Of a DNA stretch of 64,000 nucleotides, positions 10,106-19,201 are shown one piece after another (position 1 is the stretch's first letter; every line of letters starts with the position of its first letter). Location of the stretch: NCBI GenBank assembly GCA_947487385.1, contig CANKWU010000007.1, forward strand, positions 7,894-71,893. The letters run 5' to 3'. The notes below the pieces were generated by a model. It did no database searches, was not told the origin of the DNA, and saw only the letters and a program-made list of their open reading frames with translations. Both the position numbers and the translations under genes were made by a program. This DNA comes from Spartobacteria bacterium (GTDB lineage: Bacteria; Verrucomicrobiota; Verrucomicrobiia; Chthoniobacterales; UBA6821).

Positions 10106-10227
10106 TGATCGGGCCATTGGCCCTATAAGCTTGAAATCAGAAGTAGGAAAAGAATCTCCGTTCTGTGACGATTATACTTTCTTCCCCCCTTCATCATTCG
10201 TACTTCCTCGTTCATCCTTAGTTAGCC

Positions 10228-11322
10228 ATGCCCTCTTCTTCGATCATCGTACCCGTTCCGCTTGAGAACTCGCCTTACGAGATCCTAATTGGCTCCGGAA
10301 TCCTTGCGGAGACCGGGGATCTTGCCTCCAAGGTCATCAATACTTGTCGTTGCGTTTTGATCTCAGATGAAATCGTCGCTGCTCTCCATGCTTCCAAAGT
10401 CCTGCAATCACTTCTAAGCACCGGCTTCGACCCTCACCTCTTGACCGTTCCAGCTGGAGAGGCTTCCAAGTCGATGGTGGTTGCCGCAGATCTCTGTGAC
10501 CGCATGATCCAGCTAGGCCTGGATCGAAAGAGTGCCGTCTTTGCGCTCGGCGGGGGCGTCGTGGGTGATCTGGCCGGATTTATAGCCTCCATCCACTATC
10601 GTGGGATCCCCGTGATCCAACTCCCAACGACGGTCGTCGCCCAAGTCGACAGCTCCATCGGAGGAAAAACAGGCGTCAACAGCCCTCTCGGAAAAAATCT
10701 GATCGGCACATTCCATCAGCCCCGCCTTGTGCTCTCTGACACCGCCACACTCTCAACCCTGCCAGATCGCATCTTCCAGGAGGGACTTGCCGAGGCTATC
10801 AAGCATGCCGTGATTGCCGATGAGCCCATGCTTGCTCTCCTGCTCGGTTTATTACCTTTTGACCGCTCCTCGGATCTGAGTCCCCTAATCGCCCGGAATG
10901 CCGCCATCAAGGCCCGGATTGTCAGCGAGGATGAGTTCGAGACCAAGGGTACACGCGCCCTACTGAACTTCGGTCATACCATCGGTCATGCTATCGAGTC
11001 CGTTGCAGGTTATGGCAAACTATCCCATGGGGAATGCGTCGCCATCGGAATGATCGCCGCTCTTGATCTCTCTGTCCGTCTTGCGGGCTTACCAAGCGAT
11101 CAGGCCAACCGCGTTAAGGAAGTGATCATGGCATGCGGTCTTCCAACCTCCATTCCGCACGATCTGCCTATCAACTCCATTTTAGCCGCCCTGGGCCGGG
11201 ACAAGAAATTCGATGCTGGCGCCATCCGCTTTATTCTAACCCCAAAACTCGGCACCGCTTTCGTCAGTGACAAGGTGACCCTTGACGATGTCACCGAGGC
11301 GATCGCTAGGATTACCACTTGA
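10228..11322 (+). CDS. aroB: 3-dehydroquinate synthase
   Basis: GGGVVGDLAGFIA, LPTTVVAQVDSSIGGKTGVN and NFGHTIGHAIE are canonical AroB motifs. Confidence 0.9.
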   Translation: MPSSSIIVPVPLENSPYEILIGSGILAETGDLASKVINTCRCVLISDEIVAALHASKVLQSLLSTGFDPHLLTVPAGEASKSMVVAADLCDRMIQLGLDRKSAVFALGGGVVGDLAGFIASIHYRGIPVIQLPTTVVAQVDSSIGGKTGVNSPLGKNLIGTFHQPRLVLSDTATLSTLPDRIFQEGLAEAIKHAVIADEPMLALLLGLLPFDRSSDLSPLIARNAAIKARIVSEDEFETKGTRALLNFGHTIGHAIESVAGYGKLSHGECVAIGMIAALDLSVRLAGLPSDQANRVKEVIMACGLPTSIPHDLPINSILAALGRDKKFDAGAIRFILTPKLGTAFVSDKVTLDDVTEAIARITT

Positions 11323-11328
11323 TCCGTA

Positions 11329-11358
11329 ATAACAACCGTGGCAACTTAAGGTTGTTAT
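11329..11358. promoter_or_regulatory. 9-bp perfect inverted repeat overlapping the phd start codon (candidate TA operator)
   Basis: ATAACAACC (11329-11337) - 12 nt - GGTTGTTAT (11350-11358). The ATG of the antitoxin gene is at 11357. Confidence 0.4.
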
Positions 11359-11584
11359 GACCCTCGAACTTAAAGTCCGCAAGATCGGTAATTCCCTTGG
11401 GGTGGTACTTCCCAAGGAGGCCCTGTCCCGTCTCAATGTGGAGGAGGGCGACACCCTAACCCTCAGCGAATCTCAGGATGGTATCCGTCTGACAGCGGCC
11501 AATCCAGCCTTTGCCGACACAATGGCCGTCTTTGAATCGCTGAGTCGTCGGTACCGAAACACCCTGCGGGAACTAGCCAAATAG
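11357..11584 (+). CDS. AbrB/SpoVT-fold antitoxin (Phd-like partner of Doc)
   Basis: MTLELKVRKIGNSLGVVLPKEAL is the classic swapped-hairpin AbrB/MazE N-terminus. It lies directly upstream of a Doc gene. Confidence 0.8.
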   Translation: MTLELKVRKIGNSLGVVLPKEALSRLNVEEGDTLTLSESQDGIRLTAANPAFADTMAVFESLSRRYRNTLRELAK

Positions 11585-11591
11585 CAATCCG

Positions 11592-11978
11592 GTGAAAGAG
11601 CCGCGATGGATCGAACGCGAGGTCTGCCTCGCGCTTCACGATATGCTTCTTTCCCAATACGGAGGATGCGCTGGACTTCGCGAATCAGGATTGCTGGATT
11701 CGGCCCTCGCCCGACCGCTCCAGCTTCTTTCCTACGGATCGCCTTCGCTCGCCGAGTTAGCAGCCTCCTACGCAGCTGGAATCATCAAAAATCATCCCTT
11801 CCTCGACGGGAACAAGCGGACAGGTTTTATGCTCGGAGCCGGTTTTCTTGAGCTCAACGGCATGGAGTTCGTGGCCTCGGAGGCCGATGCCGTGATCAAA
11901 ACCCTTGCACTAGCAGCAGGAGAGATGACCGAAGGAGCTTATGCAGTGTGGATCGAGCAGAACTGCCGTAAAGCCTAG
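11592..11978 (+). CDS. doc: Doc (death-on-curing) Fic-family toxin
   Basis: HPFLDGNKRTGF matches the Doc variant of the Fic motif HxFx(D/N)(A/G)NKR. GTG start 8 nt after the antitoxin stop. Confidence 0.85.
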   Translation: MKEPRWIEREVCLALHDMLLSQYGGCAGLRESGLLDSALARPLQLLSYGSPSLAELAASYAAGIIKNHPFLDGNKRTGFMLGAGFLELNGMEFVASEADAVIKTLALAAGEMTEGAYAVWIEQNCRKA

Positions 11979-11983
11979 AGCAC

Positions 11984-12691
11984 TTATTTGCCACGCTTAT
12001 ACTCAATGGTTCCTTTGCCCTTGAGAGGTTGGGAATCGTAGATCTGCTTGCCGTCCTCAAGGATAGATAGCGTTACGTCCGTATCATCCTCCGTACTTGT
12101 TGCTGTGATACTTTCAAAATATTGGCCGGGAAAATTACAGCTTGGAGGGTTGGAGAATATCTTTTCCTGATCAACCCCACTCGTATTCCACCTGGCATCT
12201 ACTTTCATTTTCTCCATGCCTTTACCCATAACCACAAAAGTCAATGTTTTGTCTTTAGGACCACTCCATCCGAGATCCGTACTCTTTGTCGTAATGAGAT
12301 AGTACTTTCCATTGATGACGGCATAGCCATCGCCACCAGATGTCATTCCATTTTCACCTGCGGGGGCGCAGGTAACTTTAATTTGGCCTGATGGAGGGTA
12401 CGTAGGCTCGTATTTTTTCCCGTTTACAATATTGACGAAACTTTTTCCTTCGGAGTTTGACTCAAATTTCACATCTGTAATTTTTCCGTTGGAAAAATGA
12501 AACCCCACAACAGCTTCAAGCATCTTTTTATCTGCCTCTGAACAACCATCCGTGTAGTAAAAGGATAAAAGCTTGGCTTTATCTTTTTGTTCAATCGCCC
12601 TTCGATAATTTGCCAAAAACTCTTCGCCGGTATCCGCTAGAGCTAGTTTTGGTAACAAAAAGACCAATAAAAGAGGGAAAACTTTTTTCAT
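11984..12691 (-). CDS. Hypothetical secreted protein (AT-rich gene)
   Basis: The internal ATG at 12691 gives the signal peptide MKKVFPLLLVFLLPKLALA. The sequence is visibly more AT-rich than its neighbours. No family recognised. Confidence 0.55.
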   Translation of the reverse strand: MKKVFPLLLVFLLPKLALADTGEEFLANYRRAIEQKDKAKLLSFYYTDGCSEADKKMLEAVVGFHFSNGKITDVKFESNSEGKSFVNIVNGKKYEPTYPPSGQIKVTCAPAGENGMTSGGDGYAVINGKYYLITTKSTDLGWSGPKDKTLTFVVMGKGMEKMKVDARWNTSGVDQEKIFSNPPSCNFPGQYFESITATSTEDDTDVTLSILEDGKQIYDSQPLKGKGTIEYKRGK

Positions 12692-12776
12692 TTTCCTCTG
12701 GAAATAATTACTCAAATTCCTCAGGTCAATCTGCAAAGGCGCTGGAAGCTTGGATGAATAACAAGGCGAGAGAGAA

Positions 12777-12795
12777 GCGGTAGTGTTTCTACCGC
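12777..12795 (-). terminator. Possible intrinsic terminator downstream of fabH
   Basis: GCGGTAG-tgttt-CTACCGC 7-bp stem. On the minus strand it is followed by TTCTCTCTCGCCTTGTT, which is T/C-rich and not a clean U-tract. Confidence 0.35.
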
Positions 12796-12848
12796 AAGTG
12801 ATTAGCAACGCCGCCCCGCGCCAAAATCCCAAGCCTTAGCCCAAAGGG

Positions 12849-13859
12849 CTACCACTCGACGACGGTGCTCGCCCAAGTCAACCCCCCCCCAAACACCACC
12901 ATCAGGATCTTATCACCCTGCTTGAAACGGCCTGAGCGGGCAGCCTCATCGAGGGCAATGGCGACGGCAGCGGCCGAAGTATTGCCATAGAAGTCGAGAT
13001 TAACCATGAAGCGGTCCATGGAAACTTGGAGGCGATCGGCGATAGCCTCGATGATGCGGAGATTGGCCTGGTGGGGAATAAAGCAAGCGATGTCATCGGC
13101 AGAGACACCGGCATCAGCAAGCGCCTGCTGGGAGGCATTGACCATGGCAGTCACAGCATGCTTGTAGGTCTCGCGACCGTTCATTCTCATGGTGGCGGGA
13201 TTCTCTGTGAAGGTGGGGGAGTTAGCCGGGTGAGCGCTGCCGCCGCCGGGAATATAAAGAATCTCGGCCAGCTTGCCATTGCTGCCCATGCGGGAGGAGA
13301 GGATGCCTCGTGATCCCTCGCGATGACGCAGGATGGCGGCGCCGGCACCATCCCCGAAGAGAACGCAGGTATTCCGGTCGGTCCAGTCGACAATGCCTGA
13401 GAGCTTGTCAGCGCCGATCACCAGCACGGTCTGACAGGTGCTGGAGGCGATGTACTGACGGGCTGTCTCCACGCCGAAGAGGAAGCCGGAGCAGGCGGCA
13501 GAAATGTCAAAGCAGGCGGCGTTGACAGCACCGATCTTGGTCTGCACCAAGCATGCAGTGCTAGGGAAGAACATGTCCGGAGTGCAGGTCGCGCAGATGA
13601 TCAGATCGATCTCCTCCGGGCTGATACCGGCGTTCTCTATCGCGGCTTGGGCCGCACGGGCTGCGAGTTCGCTGGTCGGTTGTTCCGGCCCGGCAATGCG
13701 GCGTTCGCGGATGCCAGTGCGTGCCTGGATCCACTCGTCACTTGTCTCAACCAGCTTCTCCAAGTCGGCGTTGGTCATCACACGGTCAGGCGCATAGCTG
13801 CCGGTACCAATGATAGAGGCGCTACGGAGGGAGCGGAGGGAGGGAGTATCAGACGGCAT
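12849..13859 (-). CDS. fabH: 3-oxoacyl-ACP synthase III
   Basis: SIIGTGSYAPDRVMTNADLEK..., the active-site ACSGF, and the C-terminal GGGLTWAS. The start is taken at ATG 13859 (MPSDTP), overlapping the plsX stop. Confidence 0.9.
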   Translation of the reverse strand: MPSDTPSLRSLRSASIIGTGSYAPDRVMTNADLEKLVETSDEWIQARTGIRERRIAGPEQPTSELAARAAQAAIENAGISPEEIDLIICATCTPDMFFPSTACLVQTKIGAVNAACFDISAACSGFLFGVETARQYIASSTCQTVLVIGADKLSGIVDWTDRNTCVLFGDGAGAAILRHREGSRGILSSRMGSNGKLAEILYIPGGGSAHPANSPTFTENPATMRMNGRETYKHAVTAMVNASQQALADAGVSADDIACFIPHQANLRIIEAIADRLQVSMDRFMVNLDFYGNTSAAAVAIALDEAARSGRFKQGDKILMVVFGGGLTWASTVVEW

Positions 13860-14937
13860 GGGAATCTTCCAAAGTTGATGTATCTGGAGCAAGGGCTGTT
13901 AAGGTGGCTGATGCAGCCTGGGCCAGATGGGCATTCTTTAAATTGTAGGCCCTAACCGCCTCAACGATGCGGGGGTTCACCTGCTGCTCGATGAACTCGG
14001 TGGCGACGCGGATTGCGTTCTTGATGGCTAGGGGTGTGCTGGATCCGTGGGCGATGATGCAGATGCCGTTCACCCCCAGCAGGGGGCTGCCGCCGTAGTT
14101 CTCGTAATTGGTTTTTTTGCGGATGGCACGGAAGGCATTCCTAGCAATCCATGCGCCGAACATCCGGAAGGGGGTTTTGGTGAGTTCGTGCTTCAACCAG
14201 CGGAAGACAGCACCGGCGGTTGCCTCGGCCGTCTTGAGGACAACATTGCCGGTGAATCCGTCGCAGAGGATCACCTCGACAGGATGCTCGAAGAGGTCAT
14301 GTCCCTCAATGTTACCACGGAAATTCAAGGAGGAGGCTTTCAGAAGTTTGAAGACATCCTTGGTGAACTCGCTTCCCTTCACATCCTCGCCACCGATCGA
14401 CATGAGGCCGATCTCGGGATTGGTGTAACCAAGGACATGTTCGGAAAGGACTGACCCCATGATCGCGTATTGGAGAAGGTGGACGGGACGGGCGTCGACA
14501 TTCGCTCCCGCATCAATGAGAACGCAGACGTTCTTCTCGGTGGGAAGGTAGGAGGCGATGCCGGGACGCTCGATTCCCTCAAGGGTGCGAAGTTTGATCG
14601 TCGTGGCCGCGACGGCTGCCCCAGTATGACCTGCACTCACGATGGCGTCTGCATCACCCTTCTTGACCAGATCAACAGCACGGGCGACGGACGAGTCTTT
14701 CTTGCGACGGACAGAATCGACGGCCGCATCGCTCATCTCCACAACCTGGGTCGTGTGGACAATCTCTATCCTAGGGTCGGTACAGCCAATCTTGGCCAAC
14801 TCGATCTTGATGGCCGTCTCGTTGCCAGTGAGGAAAAGTTTGGTGATCTTCGGGTACTCCCGGAGAGCCATAGCAGCTCCGGCGATCGTACTCTGAGGGG
14901 CGTAGTCACCCCCCATGGCATCGAGGGCAATCCTCAT
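13849..14937 (-). CDS. plsX: Phosphate acyltransferase
   Basis: MRIALDAMGGDYAP is the signature PlsX N-terminus. It sits in the conserved yceD-rpmF-plsX-fabH order. Confidence 0.9.
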   Translation of the reverse strand: MRIALDAMGGDYAPQSTIAGAAMALREYPKITKLFLTGNETAIKIELAKIGCTDPRIEIVHTTQVVEMSDAAVDSVRRKKDSSVARAVDLVKKGDADAIVSAGHTGAAVAATTIKLRTLEGIERPGIASYLPTEKNVCVLIDAGANVDARPVHLLQYAIMGSVLSEHVLGYTNPEIGLMSIGGEDVKGSEFTKDVFKLLKASSLNFRGNIEGHDLFEHPVEVILCDGFTGNVVLKTAEATAGAVFRWLKHELTKTPFRMFGAWIARNAFRAIRKKTNYENYGGSPLLGVNGICIIAHGSSTPLAIKNAIRVATEFIEQQVNPRIVEAVRAYNLKNAHLAQAASATLTALAPDTSTLEDSHAV

Positions 14938-15030
14938 GGTCCTGCGGCTACTGGTCCTGTTATCGTTACTGGGACTGTCTGATTCCTCAATGGATGAGGG
15001 TGAAGAGCAAGCCCGAGACGTTAATCCGCT

Positions 15031-15213
15031 TTATGCCACCTCGACATCAAGCACCTGACGACCGCGGTAGGTGCCGCAAGCGGTGCAGGCAGTGTGGGAA
15101 GGAAGAGGTGCGCCGCACTGGGTGCACTTGCCCAGCTTGGGGGCATGCCAGCGGTTTGCGGCCTTGCGGGTGCGAAGGCGCATCTTTGAAGTTTTACGTT
15201 TAGGTACTCCCAT
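15031..15213 (-). CDS. rpmF: 50S ribosomal protein L32 (Zn-ribbon type)
   Basis: The internal start gives MGVPKRKTSKMRLRTRKAANRWHAP...CTQCG...CTACG. The track ORF is 5'-extended. Confidence 0.9.
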   Translation of the reverse strand: MGVPKRKTSKMRLRTRKAANRWHAPKLGKCTQCGAPLPSHTACTACGTYRGRQVLDVEVA

Positions 15214-15682
15214 CGGATGGTGGTGTTTTGAGTTGGTCGAGTGCTTCCCAGATTGCAGGACGAGCCGCCTTCTCCATTGGCAAAGGAGCGGTGCGGGCAC
15301 TCGCCGGGAAACTGGCGGGGCAGGTCTTTTGTCCACCTTGGTCACATCGGGGATGTGCAGGCAGAAGGAGATGTATATCCTCCCTCACCTCGCGGGTCAA
15401 GTCCACTAATTCATTTCCGTCCAGCTCGATCTGAGTGGCGAATGAGTCGATCACGATCTCCCTCTCAAAGGTTTCAAGGCAGGAAACACAGGTCATAGCG
15501 ACCCTCTGAGCCAAAGCCCCGGTGGCAAAGAGCCCACCGTCGGAAAGTCCCACATCAAGAGAGTATTCCAAGAGGCCGATCGGTTCAGCCTCGGCCTCTT
15601 CGAGGCCCAGGGAAGCTGGGTCCTCCTCACCCTCCAGATGCAGGGTTCCTCCCTCGGGAATCTGACGGAGATGGACTTTCAT
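15200..15682 (-). CDS. yceD: YceD/DUF177 family protein
   Basis: Acidic 160-aa protein with C-x-x-C (CVSCLETFE), lying immediately upstream of rpmF as in most bacteria. Confidence 0.75.
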   Translation of the reverse strand: MKVHLRQIPEGGTLHLEGEEDPASLGLEEAEAEPIGLLEYSLDVGLSDGGLFATGALAQRVAMTCVSCLETFEREIVIDSFATQIELDGNELVDLTREVREDIHLLLPAHPRCDQGGQKTCPASFPASARTAPLPMEKAARPAIWEALDQLKTPPSDGST

Positions 15683-15831
15683 GTCCTGATCCTACCCTAA
15701 GGTTCTCAGGGATGAAAGGGATCATGAAAAATTGATCTCTGAAAAGTTAAAAAGTTACAAGGTAAGCGAATGCCTCCGAGTTCCGGATTTCCCCCGCCGC
15801 TTGAACCCTTCTAACCCTTTTTTAGCGTTCC

Positions 15832-16320
15832 TCAGTCTTTAGGAAATTTTTCTTTGAGGGCCGCAAAGACAGGAACGGAAACAAAAGGAGTCACATCGCC
15901 AGCAAGTCGCGCCACCTCCTTTACGATCCGGGAACTCAGGAAGATACAATCCTCGCGGGGCGTCAGGAAAATCGTCTCGATCTTTGGTTCGAGACGGCGG
16001 TTTGTCAGGGCCATCTGGAACTCAAACTCGAAGTCGGAGACCGCCCTTAAACCACGGATGACCACGAAGGCCTCACGACGACGGCAGAAATCGACCAGCA
16101 GCCCGTTGAGCGGCTCGACCAAAAGCCCCTCTCGTGGACCAACGCTCTTCTGAATCAGATCGACTCTCTCGGCGGTCGTGAAGAGAGGGTTCTTTGCCTC
16201 ATTGTCCGCCACGCCGATGATCACTTCGTCAAAGAGCCCGAGCGAGCGGGTGATCAGGTCGAGATGACCATTTGTGACTGGGTCAAAGCTTCCCGGGTAG
16301 ATCGCACGGCGGTGGCTCAT
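15832..16320 (-). CDS. coaD: Phosphopantetheine adenylyltransferase
   Basis: AIYPGSFDPVTNGHLDLI (T/H-x-G-H motif). The start is taken at ATG 16320 (MSHRRAIYPG). Confidence 0.9.
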   Translation of the reverse strand: MSHRRAIYPGSFDPVTNGHLDLITRSLGLFDEVIIGVADNEAKNPLFTTAERVDLIQKSVGPREGLLVEPLNGLLVDFCRRREAFVVIRGLRAVSDFEFEFQMALTNRRLEPKIETIFLTPREDCIFLSSRIVKEVARLAGDVTPFVSVPVFAALKEKFPKD

Positions 16321-16336
16321 AAAGCTAAGGAAGTGT

Positions 16337-17998
16337 CTATTCCCACTCGATGGTTGCCGGCGGCTTGCTGGAGACATCCAACACGCAGCGGTTCACACCC
16401 TTCACCTCGTTGATGATGCGGCTTGAGATCTTGGCAAGAAGGTCATAAGGAAGACGCACCCAGTCGGCCGTCATGCCGTCCTGACTCTCCACGACGCGTA
16501 GGGCGATCGTGTAGTCATAGGTGCGCTCGTCACCCATCACCCCGACCGACTGGACCGGCAGGAGAACAGCGAAGGACTGCCAGACCTTAAAGTACCAGCC
16601 CGAGGTCTTCATTTCCTGAAGAACGATCAAGTCGGCATCACGCACAATGCGGAGACGCTCCGGAGTGATCGCTCCGATGATGCGGACGGCCAAGCCGGGG
16701 CCCGGGAATGGCTGACGATCCACCACCTCCTGAGGCAGCCCCAGCTCGCGGCCCACCTCGCGGACCTCATCCTTAAAGAGCTGCCGCAATGGCTCAACGA
16801 GTTCAAATTTCATATCCTTCGGGAGACCGCCTACATTGTGGTGGCTCTTGATCAGCGAGGCGGGATTCCCGGCGATGGAGACGCTCTCGATGACATCCGG
16901 ATAGAGCGTCCCTTGGGCAAGGAATCTGAAGGGATGCTTAGAGCCCTTTGCTGATTTCCGAAGATCCTCGGCGGCATGCTCAAAAATACGGATGAATTCC
17001 GTTCCGATGATTTTGCGTTTTTTCTCTGGATCGGTGACCCCCTTGAGCTTGCCAAGGAAACGTTCGGCCCCATCGACAATCTTCAGCCGGATCTTGAAGT
17101 TCCTTCCAAAAAGTTTTCCGACAGCATCCCTCTCCCCGGAACGCAGAAGTCCATTGTCAACGAAGATGCAGGTGAGTTGATCCCCGATCGCCTTATGAAT
17201 GAGCGCCGCCGCCACGCTCGAATCCACCCCGCCGCTGAGACCGAGAATCACGCGCCCGTCACCGACCTGGTCACGGATCTGGGAGCAGATTCGATCGATG
17301 AAAGACTCCATCGTCCAGTCACTCGGACAGCCGCAGATGCCATGGAGGAAATTCTGGATGATTGCCTTCCCTTTCGGGGTGTGGTGCACCTCAGGATGAA
17401 ATTGCATCCCGTAAATCCTGCGTTTGGAGTCTGCAATGACCGCATGGGGTGCATTCTCCGTGGTTCCGATGGCAGTGAAGCCCTTGGGCAATTTTTCAAC
17501 GCGGTCGCCGTGACTGTTCCAGACATCGATCTTCTTGGGCAAACCCTTGAAGAGAGGGGAGGAGCCGATGGTGGCAAGCACCCCTTTCCCATACTCACGG
17601 TGGTTGGAGCGAGCCACAGAACCGCCGAGATCTCGGGAGAGGAGCTGCATGCCGTAGCAGATGCCGAGGATCGGCAGCCCCAGATCATAGATGGCCGGGT
17701 CGACTTTCGGAGCCATTGGCGCGTAGACGCTAGCAGGACCGCCCGAAAGGATGATCCCCTTCACCGTCCCGTCAGCGAGGATCTCGCTGGCCTTTGTCGA
17801 GTGAGGCAGGATCTCGGAAAAAACGCGACACTCACGCACACGGCGGGCAATGACCTGAGTGTATTGGGACCCGAAATCAAGGATAACAATCTTGGAAGCT
17901 GCCTTGGAAACCTTCGGTGCTTCGGGAGACTTGCTCTTTTTGAGTGACGGTTTCAAAGGCTTTTTAGATTTTATAGTTTTTGTAGACACTGTTGGCAT
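16337..17998 (-). CDS. guaA: GMP synthase (glutamine-hydrolysing) with Lys-rich N-terminal extension
   Basis: [18 protein letters not shown], the GATase Cys (ILGICYGMQ), the ATP-PPase SGGVDSS and the C-terminal TIEWE. About 38 extra N-terminal residues are rich in K/S/P. Confidence 0.9.
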   Translation of the reverse strand: MPTVSTKTIKSKKPLKPSLKKSKSPEAPKVSKAASKIVILDFGSQYTQVIARRVRECRVFSEILPHSTKASEILADGTVKGIILSGGPASVYAPMAPKVDPAIYDLGLPILGICYGMQLLSRDLGGSVARSNHREYGKGVLATIGSSPLFKGLPKKIDVWNSHGDRVEKLPKGFTAIGTTENAPHAVIADSKRRIYGMQFHPEVHHTPKGKAIIQNFLHGICGCPSDWTMESFIDRICSQIRDQVGDGRVILGLSGGVDSSVAAALIHKAIGDQLTCIFVDNGLLRSGERDAVGKLFGRNFKIRLKIVDGAERFLGKLKGVTDPEKKRKIIGTEFIRIFEHAAEDLRKSAKGSKHPFRFLAQGTLYPDVIESVSIAGNPASLIKSHHNVGGLPKDMKFELVEPLRQLFKDEVREVGRELGLPQEVVDRQPFPGPGLAVRIIGAITPERLRIVRDADLIVLQEMKTSGWYFKVWQSFAVLLPVQSVGVMGDERTYDYTIALRVVESQDGMTADWVRLPYDLLAKISSRIINEVKGVNRCVLDVSSKPPATIEWE

Positions 17999-18076
17999 CT
18001 CGGTCGGAAAGGATTTAGTCAGGGCTCTAGTCTTGCTGAAGGCTTCTTCTGGGCTTAGTGAGAGCTGATTGGGAGC

Positions 18077-18280
18077 TTATTGGAATTCGTTGCCGAGTTG
18101 GCCGCCCATGTCGCTCTTCATCACCTTTTCATTAAACAGATGCCCTTTACCCTCAAGCCCCTGCACAGCTGTATCGGCGACATCATCGGCATCACTTTCA
18201 GCCGTAGCGCAACCCGTCATAGAGAACAAGGGAATCACAAGGAGGATAGAGACGATAAGAATTCTGAATCGATTCATCAT
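18077..18280 (-). CDS. Small lipoprotein
   Basis: MMNRFRILIVSILLVIPLFSMTGC is a signal peptide plus lipobox. The mature part is acidic. Confidence 0.55.
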   Translation of the reverse strand: MMNRFRILIVSILLVIPLFSMTGCATAESDADDVADTAVQGLEGKGHLFNEKVMKSDMGGQLGNEFQ

Positions 18281-18447
18281 GCGACCCTAAAAGATCCGAT
18301 CCAGAAGGCAATACGGGAAGCCGAGTCAACGACTCGGCGGGGATGGGATATCGGCCATCGGGAATAGGCGTGAGAAAGCAGACCGCACCAATTCTTTTCC
18401 TGATTTGCTGAATTCCAAAACAATCGGCATCATTCTAAATCAAGTTC

Positions 18448-19044
18448 ATGAAAGGTGGCATCCCTCCCGATCTGCTCTTGGAGGCCTATGCCTCGGGTAT
18501 CTTCCCGATGGGGCTGCCAGATGGGAAGATCCATTGGTACTCGCCCGACCCCAGAGGCATTCTCCCTCTGGAGGAATTTCACACGCCTCATGGACTCAAG
18601 AGGGCCCTCAAAAACCACAGCTGGGAAATCCGTATCGACACAGTCTTTCAAGAGGTCATGCGAGCCTGTGCATCACGCGAAGAGACCTGGATCACGGAAG
18701 CGATCGAGGGGAGCTACACCCTCCTTTTTGAGAGCGGTCACGCTCACTCCGTTGAGGTCTGGCAGGACGGGAAGCTGGCAGGAGGCCTCTACGGTGTATC
18801 CATCGGAGGGGCATTCTTTGGCGAGTCGATGTTCCACCGCGTCACCGATGCCTCGAAGGTTGCACTCTGGCATCTCGTGGAGATTCTGAAAAGAGGAGGC
18901 TTCACATTGCTCGACAGCCAATGGACCACCCCCCACCTGGAACAATTTGGTGCCAGAGAAATCCCGCGGACTGACTATCTGGAAAAACTTGCTGCAGCCT
19001 TGATCCAGAAAACAACATTCTCCAAGCCTCACAATTTCCCTTGA
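18448..19044 (+). CDS. aat: Leucyl/phenylalanyl-tRNA--protein transferase
   Basis: LLEAYASGIFPM...W.SPDPRGILPL..FH and GESMFH are typical of Aat. Confidence 0.85.
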   Translation: MKGGIPPDLLLEAYASGIFPMGLPDGKIHWYSPDPRGILPLEEFHTPHGLKRALKNHSWEIRIDTVFQEVMRACASREETWITEAIEGSYTLLFESGHAHSVEVWQDGKLAGGLYGVSIGGAFFGESMFHRVTDASKVALWHLVEILKRGGFTLLDSQWTTPHLEQFGAREIPRTDYLEKLAAALIQKTTFSKPHNFP

Positions 19045-19201
19045 ACACAGAGCAAGCTGGCAAGATCAGAGCAGCATGACAGACACCCTCTTCACGATGG
19101 CCCTCTCCCTTTTGGGTGGATACCTCAACTGCTTGGCCTTCAACCGTCTTGTTGCCAAACATGATCGGATACCCGCCAAGGCTCAGTAATAATAATCCCT
19201 G

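Noticed and set aside
19076-19189. 37-aa hydrophobic ORF (MTDTLFTMALSLLGGYLNCLAFNRLVAKHDRIPAKAQ) between aat and chrA
   Set aside because: There is no ribosome-binding signal or family resemblance. It is too short to call without conservation or expression data.
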